This document shows positions 7,840 to 15,815 of a stretch of 32,000 bases of DNA, one piece after another. A program made the translations under genes and the position numbers. This DNA comes from an uncultured Chloroflexia bacterium. GTDB taxonomy: Bacteria > Chloroflexota > Anaerolineae > Anaerolineales > Anaerolineaceae. Positions within the stretch are counted from its first letter, which is position 1. Each line of letters opens with the position of its first letter. A model generated the notes under the pieces. That model did no database searches and was not told where the DNA came from. It worked only from the letters and a program-made list of their open reading frames with translations. The stretch spans positions 2,160,001 to 2,192,000 of the forward strand of contig OY969938.1 in assembly GCA_963704755.1 (NCBI GenBank), written 5' to 3'.

Positions 7840-8964
7840 ATGAGTTGGTCCTGGAAGATTACCCGTGTCGCGGGGATTGACCTCAAAATCCACGTGACCT
7901 TTTTACTGATTCTGGCCTGGTTTGGGATTAGCTATTACGTCACCGGGGGCACGATCGCCGCCGCAATGGTGGGGATCGCATTTATCCTGGCGGTTTTCCT
8001 GTTTGTCATCCTGCACGAACTGGGTCACGCGCTGACCGCGCGCAAGTTCGGCATCAAAACCATCGACATCACCTTGCTGCCCATCGGTGGGCTGGCCCAC
8101 ATCGAAAAGATGCCGGATAAACCCATCGAGGAATTCTGGGTAGCAATCGCCGGCCCGGCCGTCAATTTTTTCTTTGCCGTAGCCTTCGGGGCTGCCATCG
8201 CGCTGAGCGGCAGTCTGAGCAGTCTTACTCTGGCCAATATCTTCTCGCTCAACAGCACTTCCTTCCTGGGACAGTTGGCCGCGGTCAACCTGTTCCTGGG
8301 ACTATTCAATTTGATCCCGGCCTTTCCCATGGACGGCGGGCGCATCTTGCGCGCCCTGCTGGCCACGCGCATGCCGTATGCCCGTGCTACCCGCACGGCC
8401 GCCCGCGTCGGCCAGGGCATCGCCTTCCTGTTTGGCCTGATCGGCCTGTTCACCGACCCGATGCTGCTCTTCATCGCCTTCTTCGTGTACATCGGCGCGG
8501 CAGCCGAGGCCAGTACCGTCGAGACCAAGTCGGCCTTGAGCGGCGCGACCGTTTCCAACGCCATGTTGACCGAGTTCCATTCCCTCAGTGAAGGCGACCC
8601 GCTTTCGCACGCCATCAACCTGATCATGAGCGGCTCGCAGGCCGAGTTCCCGGTGCTTTCGGGTGAACGCGTGGTGGGCATACTCACCCGCAAGGGCCTG
8701 ATCGAGGCCATCCGCCGCCTGGGTGAACGGGCACCCGTTTCGGCCGCCATGGAGCGCAACTTCGAAGCGGTGAATACCGCCGATCCGCTCGAAACGGTTT
8801 CGGGCAAGCTGCAATCGCATGAGTACCACACCCTGCCGGTCATTGCCGACGGGCAGTTGGTTGGGCTGATCACTATGGAGAACATCGGCGAGTATATGAT
8901 GATTCATTCGGCCCTGGAGAGCTCCAAGCAGACCCCGCCCAGCGCCTGGCCGATGCCAAGATAA
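7840..8964 (+). CDS. Site-2 protease family (M50) zinc metalloprotease with C-terminal CBS pair
   Basis: HELGHAL (HExxH), NLIPAFPMDGGRILRA (LDG-type motif) and several TM helices. The C-terminal ~140 aa have a tandem CBS-like pattern (FPVLSGERVVGILT, LPVIADGQLVGLIT). Confidence 0.9.
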   Translation: MSWSWKITRVAGIDLKIHVTFLLILAWFGISYYVTGGTIAAAMVGIAFILAVFLFVILHELGHALTARKFGIKTIDITLLPIGGLAHIEKMPDKPIEEFWVAIAGPAVNFFFAVAFGAAIALSGSLSSLTLANIFSLNSTSFLGQLAAVNLFLGLFNLIPAFPMDGGRILRALLATRMPYARATRTAARVGQGIAFLFGLIGLFTDPMLLFIAFFVYIGAAAEASTVETKSALSGATVSNAMLTEFHSLSEGDPLSHAINLIMSGSQAEFPVLSGERVVGILTRKGLIEAIRRLGERAPVSAAMERNFEAVNTADPLETVSGKLQSHEYHTLPVIADGQLVGLITMENIGEYMMIHSALESSKQTPPSAWPMPR

Positions 8965-9132
8965 ACCGCTCTACGCGCAGCGTAGTGTCAAGAGGGGCTC
9001 TATGGTCCGGCTTGCGTGCAGGCCGAACGTAGGGCCCCTCCCAATTTAATAAATAAAATTAACTTCTCATCTGTTGCAGGAAAACAGGGTGTTCTTCTAA
9101 ACCTGCCTGAGTTGTTACAAATAAAATATTTC

Positions 9133-9552
9133 TCACCTTTTATGCAAATTGCGGGCTTCGTCCTGCAGCGCCACGTCCTCAGGCGTCTCGGCCGTAATGG
9201 TCAGCCCGTGCGGCTGTGATTGGCCCTCGGCATCGACGTTAATAAACGTGATAAAGCCACGGACGATTTCCGCGTCCTGTACTTTCATCACGATGAAACA
9301 CACCAGGCTGGTGCGTCCGGCCAGGACGGCTTTGCTGGTAAAGGAAGCGATTTCCCCCAGGTGCACCGGGTGTTGAAAGGTCATGCCATGCACGTTGCGA
9401 CAATAGACCATCTCCGGGCGCAAATGCTGCGCCGCGGCGATGAACCCGGCTTCGACGAACCATTCCGAGGCGCGGCCCGCGTAAAGCGTGCCGTGGTGAT
9501 TCAAATCTTCTGTCTTAACCAAATGCTGCATTGTGCAGGTGATATAGGCCAA
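9133..9552 (-). CDS. Hotdog-fold acyl-CoA thioesterase
   Basis: 139 aa. TEDLNHHGTLYAGRASEWFVEAGFIAA and the following beta-rich segment are typical of acyl-CoA hydrolase/YciA-like hotdog proteins. Confidence 0.75.
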   Translation of the reverse strand: MAYITCTMQHLVKTEDLNHHGTLYAGRASEWFVEAGFIAAAQHLRPEMVYCRNVHGMTFQHPVHLGEIASFTSKAVLAGRTSLVCFIVMKVQDAEIVRGFITFINVDAEGQSQPHGLTITAETPEDVALQDEARNLHKR

Positions 9553-9618
9553 GGGATTATCTCCAGGAAAAGGATCGTTCCATTTGATTGTACCAGGAAC
9601 TGATCCGGCGGATAAAAA

Positions 9619-9671
9619 CCGAATTTGAGATGTTTACGAGGGCTTCGCCTTCGCAAACATCTCAAATTCGG
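9619..9671. repeat. Long hairpin (25-bp arms, 2 imperfect pairs) with GCTTCGC apex
   Basis: ccgaatttgagatgtttacgagggc-ttc-gccttcgcaaacatctcaaattcgg. The arms are homologous to the hairpin at 12019 and to the half-sites at 27837 and 28179. Confidence 0.9.
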
Positions 9672-9722
9672 AAATTTTCAGCACGATTTGCATTCTGCCC
9701 CGCATGACTTTATGATAGGGCC

Positions 9723-10547
9723 ATGGGTACCATCTTTGCACATCCTCTCACGGACACATTCGCCCGCCTGGCCGGGCTCAACAAACGATACCCGCCCCTG
9801 GTGCTGACTTCACCCACCGAGCAGGAGGGCTGGTTTCCTGTCGCCGGCCTGCCGGCCCAGGGCAATGCCCGCATGGTCACAGCCCTGGACAACTATCGCA
9901 TGGCCCACCCGGCCAGCGACAACCTGGCGCCGGCTTCGCGCTGGTTTGCCGGCTACCTCAACGATTTGATGATCGTCGTTTTCGGCTGCTACCTCAGTGA
10001 CCAACGCCTGCCGGACCTGCGCCCCGAGCAAGTCTGGGTGCGCTTCGATCCGCATGGTGAAGTGGCCGGCCTGGCCTGGCCCGGTGCGCAAGTGAGTGGG
10101 TTGGCCGAAAACAATAACGTTACGTTATCCTATGGTGTCGTCCTGGATACAATCGACGCTTTACGCGAGCACTTGCAAGATGAATTGATCCGCCACCTGG
10201 AGCCGGTCAGTGAAGCGCTGGCCGCCAGCTCGGTCTTTAAAAAGCCGGCCATCTGGGCCCTGGCGGCTGACTATGTGGCCAAGACCATGCAGTGGACCGC
10301 TCGCCTGTTGGGAGATGAATTACTGGGTATCCAGGAGGCGCGCCTGGTCAATGCATCGGTCTCTAAACTGCACCGCAACCGGGGTTTCATCGAAGTCGAA
10401 GGCCCTTCCGGGCCGATCTATTTCGTCGAACGGGCGGCCTGCTGCCAGAAACGCTATATCCTGGGGAAGACCAACTGCGCCACCTGCCCTAACCGGCCCC
10501 TGGAGGAGCGTATCGAGATGGCCAGGGGGAAGGCGGAGAAGGAATAA
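9723..10547 (+). CDS. FhuF-like siderophore-iron reductase / (2Fe-2S)-binding protein
   Basis: 274 aa. The C-terminal CCQKRYILGKTNCATC matches the C-C-x10-C-x2-C motif characteristic of FhuF. Confidence 0.7.
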   Translation: MGTIFAHPLTDTFARLAGLNKRYPPLVLTSPTEQEGWFPVAGLPAQGNARMVTALDNYRMAHPASDNLAPASRWFAGYLNDLMIVVFGCYLSDQRLPDLRPEQVWVRFDPHGEVAGLAWPGAQVSGLAENNNVTLSYGVVLDTIDALREHLQDELIRHLEPVSEALAASSVFKKPAIWALAADYVAKTMQWTARLLGDELLGIQEARLVNASVSKLHRNRGFIEVEGPSGPIYFVERAACCQKRYILGKTNCATCPNRPLEERIEMARGKAEKE

Positions 10548-10637
10548 GGTGACGAGGCAACAAGTAAAGAGGCAATGAGGTGACAAGGCAACCAGGTAGG
10601 AGGGCAATAAGGCGGCGAGGCAACCAGTGAAGAGGGG
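10546..10637 (+). repeat. Purine-rich GAGGCAA/GGTGAC word array between convergent genes
   Basis: aaggtgacgaggcaacaagtaaagaggcaatgaggtgacaaggcaaccaggtaggagggcaataaggcggcgaggcaaccagtgaag. It uses the same word set as the arms at 5324-5576 and is dense in TGA/TAA/TAG on the + strand. Confidence 0.8.
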
Positions 10638-10640
10638 GCA

Positions 10641-11789
10641 CTATTCCTGGATTGCTTTTAATATCTCGTCCGACTGGTAAATGCGGTTGCGGGCTTTACC
10701 GGTGATTTCGCGCAGCACGCCGGCATGCTCGAGTTTTTCTATGTAGTCAACGGCGGTTTTGAATGGGATACCCAATCCATCGGCAACTTGACGCGCCGAC
10801 AATATTGGCCGGGAGAAGGTAAAATCGATCAACTTCCCCATGCGGTCCGGGTTCCGGTCGGCTTTTACGATGGCTTGCTGCTGCTCATGCATTTCACGCA
10901 GGTGTTCCATCCGGCCGACGCTGCCCCGGGCCTGCTCGCTGATGCCGCGTAAAAAGAAGCGCAGCCAGGGTTCCCAATTCCCTTTTTGGGAAACCGCCAT
11001 CAATAGGTCATAATATTCCTGCCGGTAGTGTTCGATATAAACGCTCAAATTGAGCAGCGGCCGAGAGAGCAGCCCCCATTCGTGCAGCAAAACCGTGACC
11101 AGCAGACGTCCGACCCGGCCATTACCATCCAAAAAGGGGTGGATGGCCTCGAATTGGTAATGGATCATCCCAATCCGCACCAGCGGTGGAACCTGCGTCT
11201 CAGCATGGATAAACGTTTCAAGTGCAGCCAGGGCCTGGTGCATCTCATCCATGGGCGGCGGTACATAGGGTGCGTCAGAGGGGGTGCTTCCGGCCGGGCC
11301 GATCCAGTTCTGGCTGCGCCGGAATTCGCCGGGAATCAACGCGCCGCCGCGTACGTTTTTCATCAAAATCTCGTGCAGCTCGCGGATCAGGCGCAAACTG
11401 AGTGGCAGTGTTTTGAGCCGCTCCAGGCCATAATCCGTGGCCTGGACGTAGTTGTAAACTTCACCCACTTCGTTGGCCGTTTCGAAAAAAGAAAGTTGGG
11501 TCGTTTCGTATGCATAAAGATCCGCCAATGAAGAACGTATGCCTTCGATGCGCGAGGATAGCACCGCCTCATTGCGGACAAACGGCTGGATCAGCAGACG
11601 CGGGAAGGGAAAGGTATTGGCCAATGTAGAAAGCCGGCTCAAATCCCGCACGGCCTCCGCCAGGGCGGAAACCAGGGGCAGCGACCAGCCCAGGTCCGGC
11701 GGCAACGGTTCCGGAATGAATGTCCAGAAGCCACCCCGGGCTAAGGCGGGCCTGCCCGCAGCCCGGTTTTGAAAACTTTTAGGATCCAT
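10641..11789 (-). CDS. Fic/DOC family protein (class II: N-terminal inhibitory helix, C-terminal winged-helix)
   Basis: Fic core HPFLDGNGRVGRLL. SSRIEG fits the (S/T)xxxE(G/N) auto-inhibitory motif upstream of the core. The C-terminal ~70 aa look HTH-like (ARQVADGLGIPFKTAVDYIEKLEHAGVL). Confidence 0.92.
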   Translation of the reverse strand: MDPKSFQNRAAGRPALARGGFWTFIPEPLPPDLGWSLPLVSALAEAVRDLSRLSTLANTFPFPRLLIQPFVRNEAVLSSRIEGIRSSLADLYAYETTQLSFFETANEVGEVYNYVQATDYGLERLKTLPLSLRLIRELHEILMKNVRGGALIPGEFRRSQNWIGPAGSTPSDAPYVPPPMDEMHQALAALETFIHAETQVPPLVRIGMIHYQFEAIHPFLDGNGRVGRLLVTVLLHEWGLLSRPLLNLSVYIEHYRQEYYDLLMAVSQKGNWEPWLRFFLRGISEQARGSVGRMEHLREMHEQQQAIVKADRNPDRMGKLIDFTFSRPILSARQVADGLGIPFKTAVDYIEKLEHAGVLREITGKARNRIYQSDEILKAIQE

Positions 11790-11816
11790 AGCGTAATTTT
11801 AAAATCAGCGCCAAAG

Positions 11817-11905
11817 TGTAAATAAGGTCCTTTTATATTAACACTTTTGGCTCTAAATGTAAATAACGGAGCGTGTAATTTACACCTTGACCATCAAATG
11901 TAAAT
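11817..11905. promoter_or_regulatory. Four TGTAAAT/TGTAATT boxes, two embedded in palindromes (candidate operator cluster)
   Basis: Boxes at 11817-11823, 11858-11864, 11874-11880 and 11899-11905. GTGTAA-T-TTACAC (11873-11885) and GTAA-A-TTAC (11900-11908) are perfect palindromes. They lie in the Fic/NurA divergent intergenic region. Confidence 0.4.
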
Positions 11906-11954
11906 TACCTGGCCCGCATATAGAGCCAGGCTACAGGTCACAGGCGATCTTTTC

Positions 11955-11983
11955 TTGCCCTACCCTGCCAATTCCGCTATAAT
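11955..11983 (+). promoter_or_regulatory. Candidate sigma70-type promoter for the NurA-like operon
   Basis: TTGCCC (11955-11960), 17-nt spacer, TATAAT (11978-11983). Confidence 0.5.
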
Positions 11984-12018
11984 CCAAACAAATGTTCGAG
12001 TAAGGTAACTGAGCCCCC

Positions 12019-12066
12019 AATTTGAGGTGTTTGCGGGTGAAGATTCGCCCGCAAACACCTCAAATT
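12019..12066. repeat. Hairpin of the CCGAATTTGAGRTGTTTGC arm family, located in the predicted 5' UTR of the NurA-like gene
   Basis: aatttgaggtgtttgcggg-tgaagattc-gcccgcaaacacctcaaatt, a 19-20-bp stem. It is the only family member with a larger loop. Confidence 0.85.
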
Positions 12067-12098
12067 CGAGAACGCTTCAGGATAATCAGGTTTTTTTC

Positions 12099-13289
12099 AT
12101 GCCGGTCAATTACGCCCAGGTCCAACAGAAGATTCGCGAAAAGAGCGGGCAAGCCCGCACCCGCCAGGTAGAGGCGCGCCAGAAGCTCGAACGCGCCTGC
12201 AACTTGCTGCGCGAACAGGCCGGCAACCTGGACGAGCTGCGCGCACGGGTCAATGCCCTGGCGGCCCGCGAGCGCAACCTGCGCTGCGCCGTTCCGCTGG
12301 ACGAGAACCTGGACACGGCCCATCTGGCCCCTGTGCCGGAGGAATACCCCCACCTGCTGGCCGCCGATGGCTCACAAATCAACCCGGACCGGCACAACCC
12401 GGTCGAGTTTGCCCTGGTCAACCTGGGCATCATCCACATGACGCCGGGCAAGGCCCAGGTTCCGGACGAAACGGTCCACACCCAGCTTTTCCTCTACGAC
12501 GATGTGGAAAGCAGCCACGGGCCATTAACCGAAGAACAGGTCGCCTTACAGCGCGACCTCGAAGAGCGCCAGGTGCTGGCCGACATGGCCGCCCGCCTGC
12601 CCGGCCTGCTGCCGGTATTGACCCTGACCGATGGCCCCCTGGAGCTGTACCGCGAGCCCAAAGAAAACCGCGCCTTCGAGGAGGCCTTCAAGCAATACCT
12701 GGACGTTTTGGAGCGCATGGCCGGCACCAATGTGATCGCGGCCGGCTACGTGGATAAGCCCGCCAGCGATCTGGTGGTGCGCCTGCTGGAGCTGGCGCTG
12801 TATAAACCCGAGCAGCTTGAGCAGGCCAGCCAGGAGCGGCAGCTCTTTGGTGTACCCGACCGGACCTTGTTCGCCGGCCTGCTGCCGCCGGGGGCGCGCA
12901 GCGCCTTGTTCGCCATCCAGTCCAGCGGCGCCGAGCGCTTCCGCACGCGCAGCCAGGGATTGAGCCCCTGCTTTTTCTACCTCAACGTGGGCCGCGAAAA
13001 TTATCCCTGGCCGGTACGGGTCGAAATTCCCCTATGGGTTGCGCGCCACCCCCCAATGGTGGATTTGCTGCACGCTACCTTGCTGCAGCAGTGCCGCCAG
13101 ATGGGCGCCGGGAGCTTTCCATATGCCCTGCACCGCGCTCACGAGATCGCGGTGGTTTCGTATCAGGATGCCCAACAGGTGCAAACCCTGATCGAACTGG
13201 AATTGCGCCGGCTGGGCCTGGACGTGGGCGACAAATCGTACAAACAATCCGCAAAAGACCTGGAGGGCCGCACGGTTTATAAAGCATGA
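12099..13289 (+). CDS. NurA-like nuclease domain protein
   Basis: Start trimmed to the ATG at 12099, because the track start at 12027 is a GTG inside the palindrome. LLAADGSQINP (DGS motif), LTLTDGPLELY, AAGYVDKPASD and FPYALHRAHEIAVVS follow the conserved NurA motif order as I recall it. Confidence 0.65.
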   Translation: MPVNYAQVQQKIREKSGQARTRQVEARQKLERACNLLREQAGNLDELRARVNALAARERNLRCAVPLDENLDTAHLAPVPEEYPHLLAADGSQINPDRHNPVEFALVNLGIIHMTPGKAQVPDETVHTQLFLYDDVESSHGPLTEEQVALQRDLEERQVLADMAARLPGLLPVLTLTDGPLELYREPKENRAFEEAFKQYLDVLERMAGTNVIAAGYVDKPASDLVVRLLELALYKPEQLEQASQERQLFGVPDRTLFAGLLPPGARSALFAIQSSGAERFRTRSQGLSPCFFYLNVGRENYPWPVRVEIPLWVARHPPMVDLLHATLLQQCRQMGAGSFPYALHRAHEIAVVSYQDAQQVQTLIELELRRLGLDVGDKSYKQSAKDLEGRTVYKA

Positions 13290-13897
13290 ACGCGATCGAA
13301 ATTGGACGCCTGTTAAGGGCCGGTACGACCGGCTGTGTGATCGGCTGCCGGGTGACGCAATTGAGCGTCCCGGCCTTCGGCGGGATGGTGCGTATCCCCC
13401 TGGAAGACGGCAGCCAGGTCTATGGCCTGATCCACGACATTCACATCGACGACGACGGGCTGGTGCGCCAGTTGGTCACCGCCGGCGAGGTCAGCGAGGA
13501 CGTCCTGCTCGACAACCGCGTCAACCGCAACGTCCCGGTCGAAATCGAAGTTATTTTTATCGGCTACGAGAGCGATGGCCGGCTCAGTCACCTGCTGCCG
13601 CCCCGCCCGCCGCTGACCCTGGACAAGATCTTTACTTGCGACGATGCGGAAATCGTGCGTTTTACCGCTGCCGGCCGCTTTGGCTACTTCCGCCACGTGC
13701 TGCGCAACACCGACCTGCCCCAGGGCGAACTGCTGGCGGCTCACTTGCAGCAGGCCCAAGAGGCCCAGGCCAGCCTGGGCGATTCGGACTGGGGCCGCCG
13801 GGCCACCCAGGAACTAATCACCCTGCTGCGCGATGATTACCCCACCTTAATGAGCGTGCTCAGCGCCGTAGCGGATGGCGGGTTGTTTGTGGAGTAG
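13286..13897 (+). CDS. Hypothetical protein resembling an isolated HerA N-terminal HAS-barrel domain (no ATPase domain)
   Basis: ATGA overlap with the upstream stop (13286-13289). The beta-rich pattern IGRLLRAGTTGCVIGCRV...GGMVRIPLEDGSQVYGLIHDIHIDDD...VEIEVIFIGYESDG...LDKIFTCDDAEIVRF resembles HAS-barrel sequences. There is no Walker A motif. The CDS itself is confident; the fold assignment is tentative. Confidence 0.5.
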   Translation: MNAIEIGRLLRAGTTGCVIGCRVTQLSVPAFGGMVRIPLEDGSQVYGLIHDIHIDDDGLVRQLVTAGEVSEDVLLDNRVNRNVPVEIEVIFIGYESDGRLSHLLPPRPPLTLDKIFTCDDAEIVRFTAAGRFGYFRHVLRNTDLPQGELLAAHLQQAQEAQASLGDSDWGRRATQELITLLRDDYPTLMSVLSAVADGGLFVE

Positions 13898-13948
13898 CAA
13901 AAGTCCAACGCGACTTACACAAGACATAAATTTTCATATTCATTCAAT

Positions 13949-13983
13949 ACTAAAAGCTAAGAGCTAAAAGCTAAACGCTATTC
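13949..13983 (+). repeat. Phase-exact GCTAA heptamer array (5 units)
   Basis: ACTAA at 13949, GCTAA at 13956, 13963 and 13970, and GCTAT at 13977, a spacing of exactly 7 nt. It lies just upstream of the DMT gene. Confidence 0.85.
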
Positions 13984-13996
13984 GCTCTTCCTGCTT

Positions 13997-14002
13997 TATA
14001 AT
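13997..14002 (+). promoter_or_regulatory. TATAAT box only 9 nt upstream of the ATG (possible leaderless transcript)
   Basis: TATAAT at 13997-14002 and ATG at 14012. No purine-rich RBS lies between them (gtttccctt), and no good -35 was found. Confidence 0.3.
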
Positions 14003-14011
14003 GTTTCCCTT

Positions 14012-14917
14012 ATGAACTCCAAGCGGACCCTCATCATCCTCACCACCCTCTTCGCGGTTATTTCCTGGGGAGCATCTTTTATCGCCACCAAGATTGCGCT
14101 ACGCTATGTGCAGCCCTTCACGGTGGTGTGGGTTCGTTTTGGTATTGGGGTGGTGATATTGGGGATCGCGGCCATTGCCCGCGGGCAGATCCGCCAACGG
14201 CCGGCGGCGAACGACCTGCTCTATTTTGCCCTGTTAGGCGCTCAGGGGATCACCTTCCACCAGTGGCTCCAGTCCAGCGGACTGGTCACCAGCCAGGCCA
14301 CCAGCACGGCCTGGATCGTCGCCACCACGCCGGTATTCATTGCCCTGCTGGGTTGGATTTTTCTCAAAGAGCGCTTTGCGGTCCTGCGTTGGGCCGGCAT
14401 CCTTTTGGCTGCCCTGGGGGTACTGCTGGTGGTTGCCCACGGCGACCTGAGCAGCATCTTCCGCGGCGGGTTTGGCGAGCCCGGTGACCTGCTCATTCTA
14501 ATCAGTGCGCCCAACTGGGCCATTTTCACCATCCTATCCCGCCGGGGCCTGAGTTGTTATCCGGCTGCGTTGATGATGCTGTACGTCATGGTCTTTGGCT
14601 GGCTGTTCACGTCGATCTTCTTCTTCAGCGGTCCCGGCCTGGCCGACCTGGCCCGCCTGCGCCTGGACGGAATCCTGGCGCTGCTCTTCCTGGGGATCTT
14701 TTGCTCGGGCCTGGCCTATATCTTCTGGTACGACGCGCTGCAGGCTCTGCCGGCCGCCCAGGTCGGCGCTTTCCTCTACCTGGAACCGTTGATCACGGTC
14801 CTGGTAGCCGGCACCATATTGCTGGAGCCGCTCTATTGGAGCACCTTGATCGGTGGCGTGATTATCCTGGCCGGGGTATGGCTGGTCAATCGCCCGGCTC
14901 AGCGAGCCGGCGCGTAA
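14012..14917 (+). CDS. DMT-superfamily (EamA-like) transporter
   Basis: 301 aa with ~10 predicted TM helices in two similar halves. ISWGASFIATK and the overall pattern are typical of EamA domains. Confidence 0.88.
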   Translation: MNSKRTLIILTTLFAVISWGASFIATKIALRYVQPFTVVWVRFGIGVVILGIAAIARGQIRQRPAANDLLYFALLGAQGITFHQWLQSSGLVTSQATSTAWIVATTPVFIALLGWIFLKERFAVLRWAGILLAALGVLLVVAHGDLSSIFRGGFGEPGDLLILISAPNWAIFTILSRRGLSCYPAALMMLYVMVFGWLFTSIFFFSGPGLADLARLRLDGILALLFLGIFCSGLAYIFWYDALQALPAAQVGAFLYLEPLITVLVAGTILLEPLYWSTLIGGVIILAGVWLVNRPAQRAGA

Positions 14918-15498
14918 ATATCGATTTCATCACCGGCATCGATCGAGAGGCACTCGGCCGGCGAGCGCAACAAGAGCACCGCCGCCCAGATATCCCCCAC
15001 CGCACCGGAGGCGTTCATCACCGCCGCCAGGATGACCCCGGCCAGCATCTGCGCCGGCACGATGGCGATGAGCCAGATACACACCAGGCTGATCACCACC
15101 AGGGGCGCCAGGGCGATGGGAAAATAGCGCGGGCGGGGGATATACCAGCCGGGTGCGGCCGCATAAGCATAGGTTCCGCGGAAGGCGAACACCGGCCGGA
15201 CACGGGCCAACAGCAGGAATCCCAGGCCATGGATGGCCTCGTGGACGACCAGCACCACCAGCACGATCACGACCATCTCCAGGATGAAAATCAACGGGCT
15301 CCAGCCGCTCCAGGTGATACTGGAAAACTGGCCGATGTCCTGCGGACGCAGCCAGGCTGTAATGAGCAAAAACAGCCAGCCGAATGCGACCAGCAGCACC
15401 AGCCCGACGATGTTCATGGCGAGCATGACGCGGGTATTGGCGATCGACAGGTGATGGATTTGGCGGTAATTATCGGGTAGGATGCGAGTGGATTGCAT
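14899..15498 (-). CDS. DUF3267-like membrane protein (putative zincin peptidase)
   Basis: 199 aa with 4-5 TM helices and VHEAIHGL (HExxH). It converges on the DMT gene with a 19-nt overlap. Confidence 0.75.
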   Translation of the reverse strand: MQSTRILPDNYRQIHHLSIANTRVMLAMNIVGLVLLVAFGWLFLLITAWLRPQDIGQFSSITWSGWSPLIFILEMVVIVLVVLVVHEAIHGLGFLLLARVRPVFAFRGTYAYAAAPGWYIPRPRYFPIALAPLVVISLVCIWLIAIVPAQMLAGVILAAVMNASGAVGDIWAAVLLLRSPAECLSIDAGDEIDIYAPAR

Positions 15499-15815
15499 AG
15501 GGATTTGGTTTGGAAAAGATATTCCTGGCGTAATTGCTCAGCTTTCCAAAAAGGATTGGGTAGTTACATCCTAGCATACCGGCAGAGCCGCGCGGTGTCA
15601 ATGGAAGGGAACAAGCTCAAAGTTCAACCCCAGGGATTTTGAAACCAAGCCCATGCAGGTAGCCCATAGCGCTTTGGTTGGGCAGCTCGGGTTTCGAACC
15701 CGAGAAAGCGCCGGCGCGGCAGAATTCCGGCCAGGGGACGGATCTGCCTCGAAAGGGAGACACACGGTGGAATCATCCACTTTGCCCAGGTCATGGTAGG
15801 GCCATAGGGGGAGGC

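Noticed and set aside
8025-8907. 286-aa and 201-aa minus-strand ORFs inside the M50 protease gene
   Set aside because: They are shadow ORFs opposite a gene with clear HExxH/LDG/CBS motifs. Their sequences are low-complexity Ser/Arg/Ala-rich.
8971-9040. Hairpins after the M50 gene (ctacgc-gca-gcgtag, and gaggggc...gcccctc) as a terminator
   Set aside because: The stems are present, but no U-tract follows on either strand and the larger stem is very imperfect. This is too weak to annotate as a feature.
12027-12098. Upstream GTG start of the 420-aa track ORF
   Set aside because: The first 24 codons are encoded by the palindromic repeat at 12019-12066. The ATG at 12099 gives the conserved protein body.
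14554-15480. 308-aa + strand ORF
   Set aside because: Its Arg/Pro/Gly/His/Asp-rich low-complexity translation lies antisense to the well-supported DUF3267 membrane protein and overlaps the DMT 3' end. This is a typical high-GC shadow ORF.
15640-15712. Full tRNA gene on the minus strand
   Set aside because: Only the T-arm, acceptor 3' strand and CCA resemble a tRNA. The D and anticodon arms cannot be formed and the acceptor pairing is incomplete. It is reported only as a tRNA-3'-half look-alike.
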